Source of the DNA: Nitrospirota bacterium
GTDB lineage: Bacteria; Nitrospirota; UBA9217
Assembly: GCA_963749655.1 (NCBI GenBank)
Contig: CAVVOB010000022.1
Span: 32,001-96,000, forward strand
Length of the DNA stretch: 64,000 bases
Direction: 5' to 3'
Of this stretch, positions 63,722-64,000 are shown piece by piece. Each line of letters begins with the position of its first letter. Positions within the stretch are counted from its first letter, which is position 1. The translations under genes were made by a program, and so were the position numbers. Below the pieces are notes generated by a model. That model was not told where the DNA came from, did no database searches, and was given only the letters and a program-made list of their open reading frames with translations.

Positions 63722-63748
63722 TCAGTAGACAGCAGGCAAGACTTCCTT

Positions 63749-64000
63749 CTAGCTGTCGTTTTGGAGGAGGATGCTCATCTCATCATAAATAGCATTGCCG
63801 ATTGTTATCCCCTGGTCAATGAATTCCGGACCATACCGCTTGCCGGTCTCGGTCCGGAAGGTTTCCTTGATTTTTTCGATGCCCTTCATTTTTTCCCGGA
63901 ACGTCCTGTGAAGGGATTCCAGCGGCGTATTCCGTGACGACACCATCAGCCACAGCGTCGTGCTGAAGTTCTCGGGGCCCCACCGGAACTTGTCCGCATC
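63749..64000 (-). CDS. C-terminal part of a probable HD-domain protein (5' partial)
   Basis: Minus strand reads DADKFRWGPENFSTTLW...; open to the window end. Confidence 0.6.
   Translation of the reverse strand, partial: DADKFRWGPENFSTTLWLMVSSRNTPLESLHRTFREKMKGIEKIKETFRTETGKRYGPEFIDQGITIGNAIYDEMSILLQNDS

Overview
A GC-rich bacterial window from an anaerobic sulfur-cycling organism. Gene content and protein style suggest a Nitrospirota- or Desulfobacterota-like lineage (inference). The right end holds a complete sulfate-activation cluster (adk-sat-aprBA-qmoABC-CBS-hppA), preceded by iscR-iscS-iscU-tusA and housekeeping genes. The middle is a mixed accessory region with a haloalkane dehalogenase, a damaged GGDEF gene, an intact IS4 with target-site duplication, a SufR-like regulator facing a cupredoxin gene pair, a hybrid kinase, an M1 peptidase and a nuclease-DinG helicase. 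The most notable element is at 3587-17142. A sigma70 promoter and a GEMM-I cyclic-dinucleotide riboswitch with A at the G20 position (the cGAMP-sensing signature) and an ON-type terminator sit upstream of a ~13 kb operon. That operon encodes lipoproteins, PEGA/TPR/CsgG-like domains, a TolB-like propeller and an Opp/Dpp-type ABC transporter. Its central gene junctions carry (GCGGAAT)n arrays and nested REP-like modules. Many genes are split by single-base indels, most likely long-read errors, so their coordinates are reconstructed from ORF fragments.
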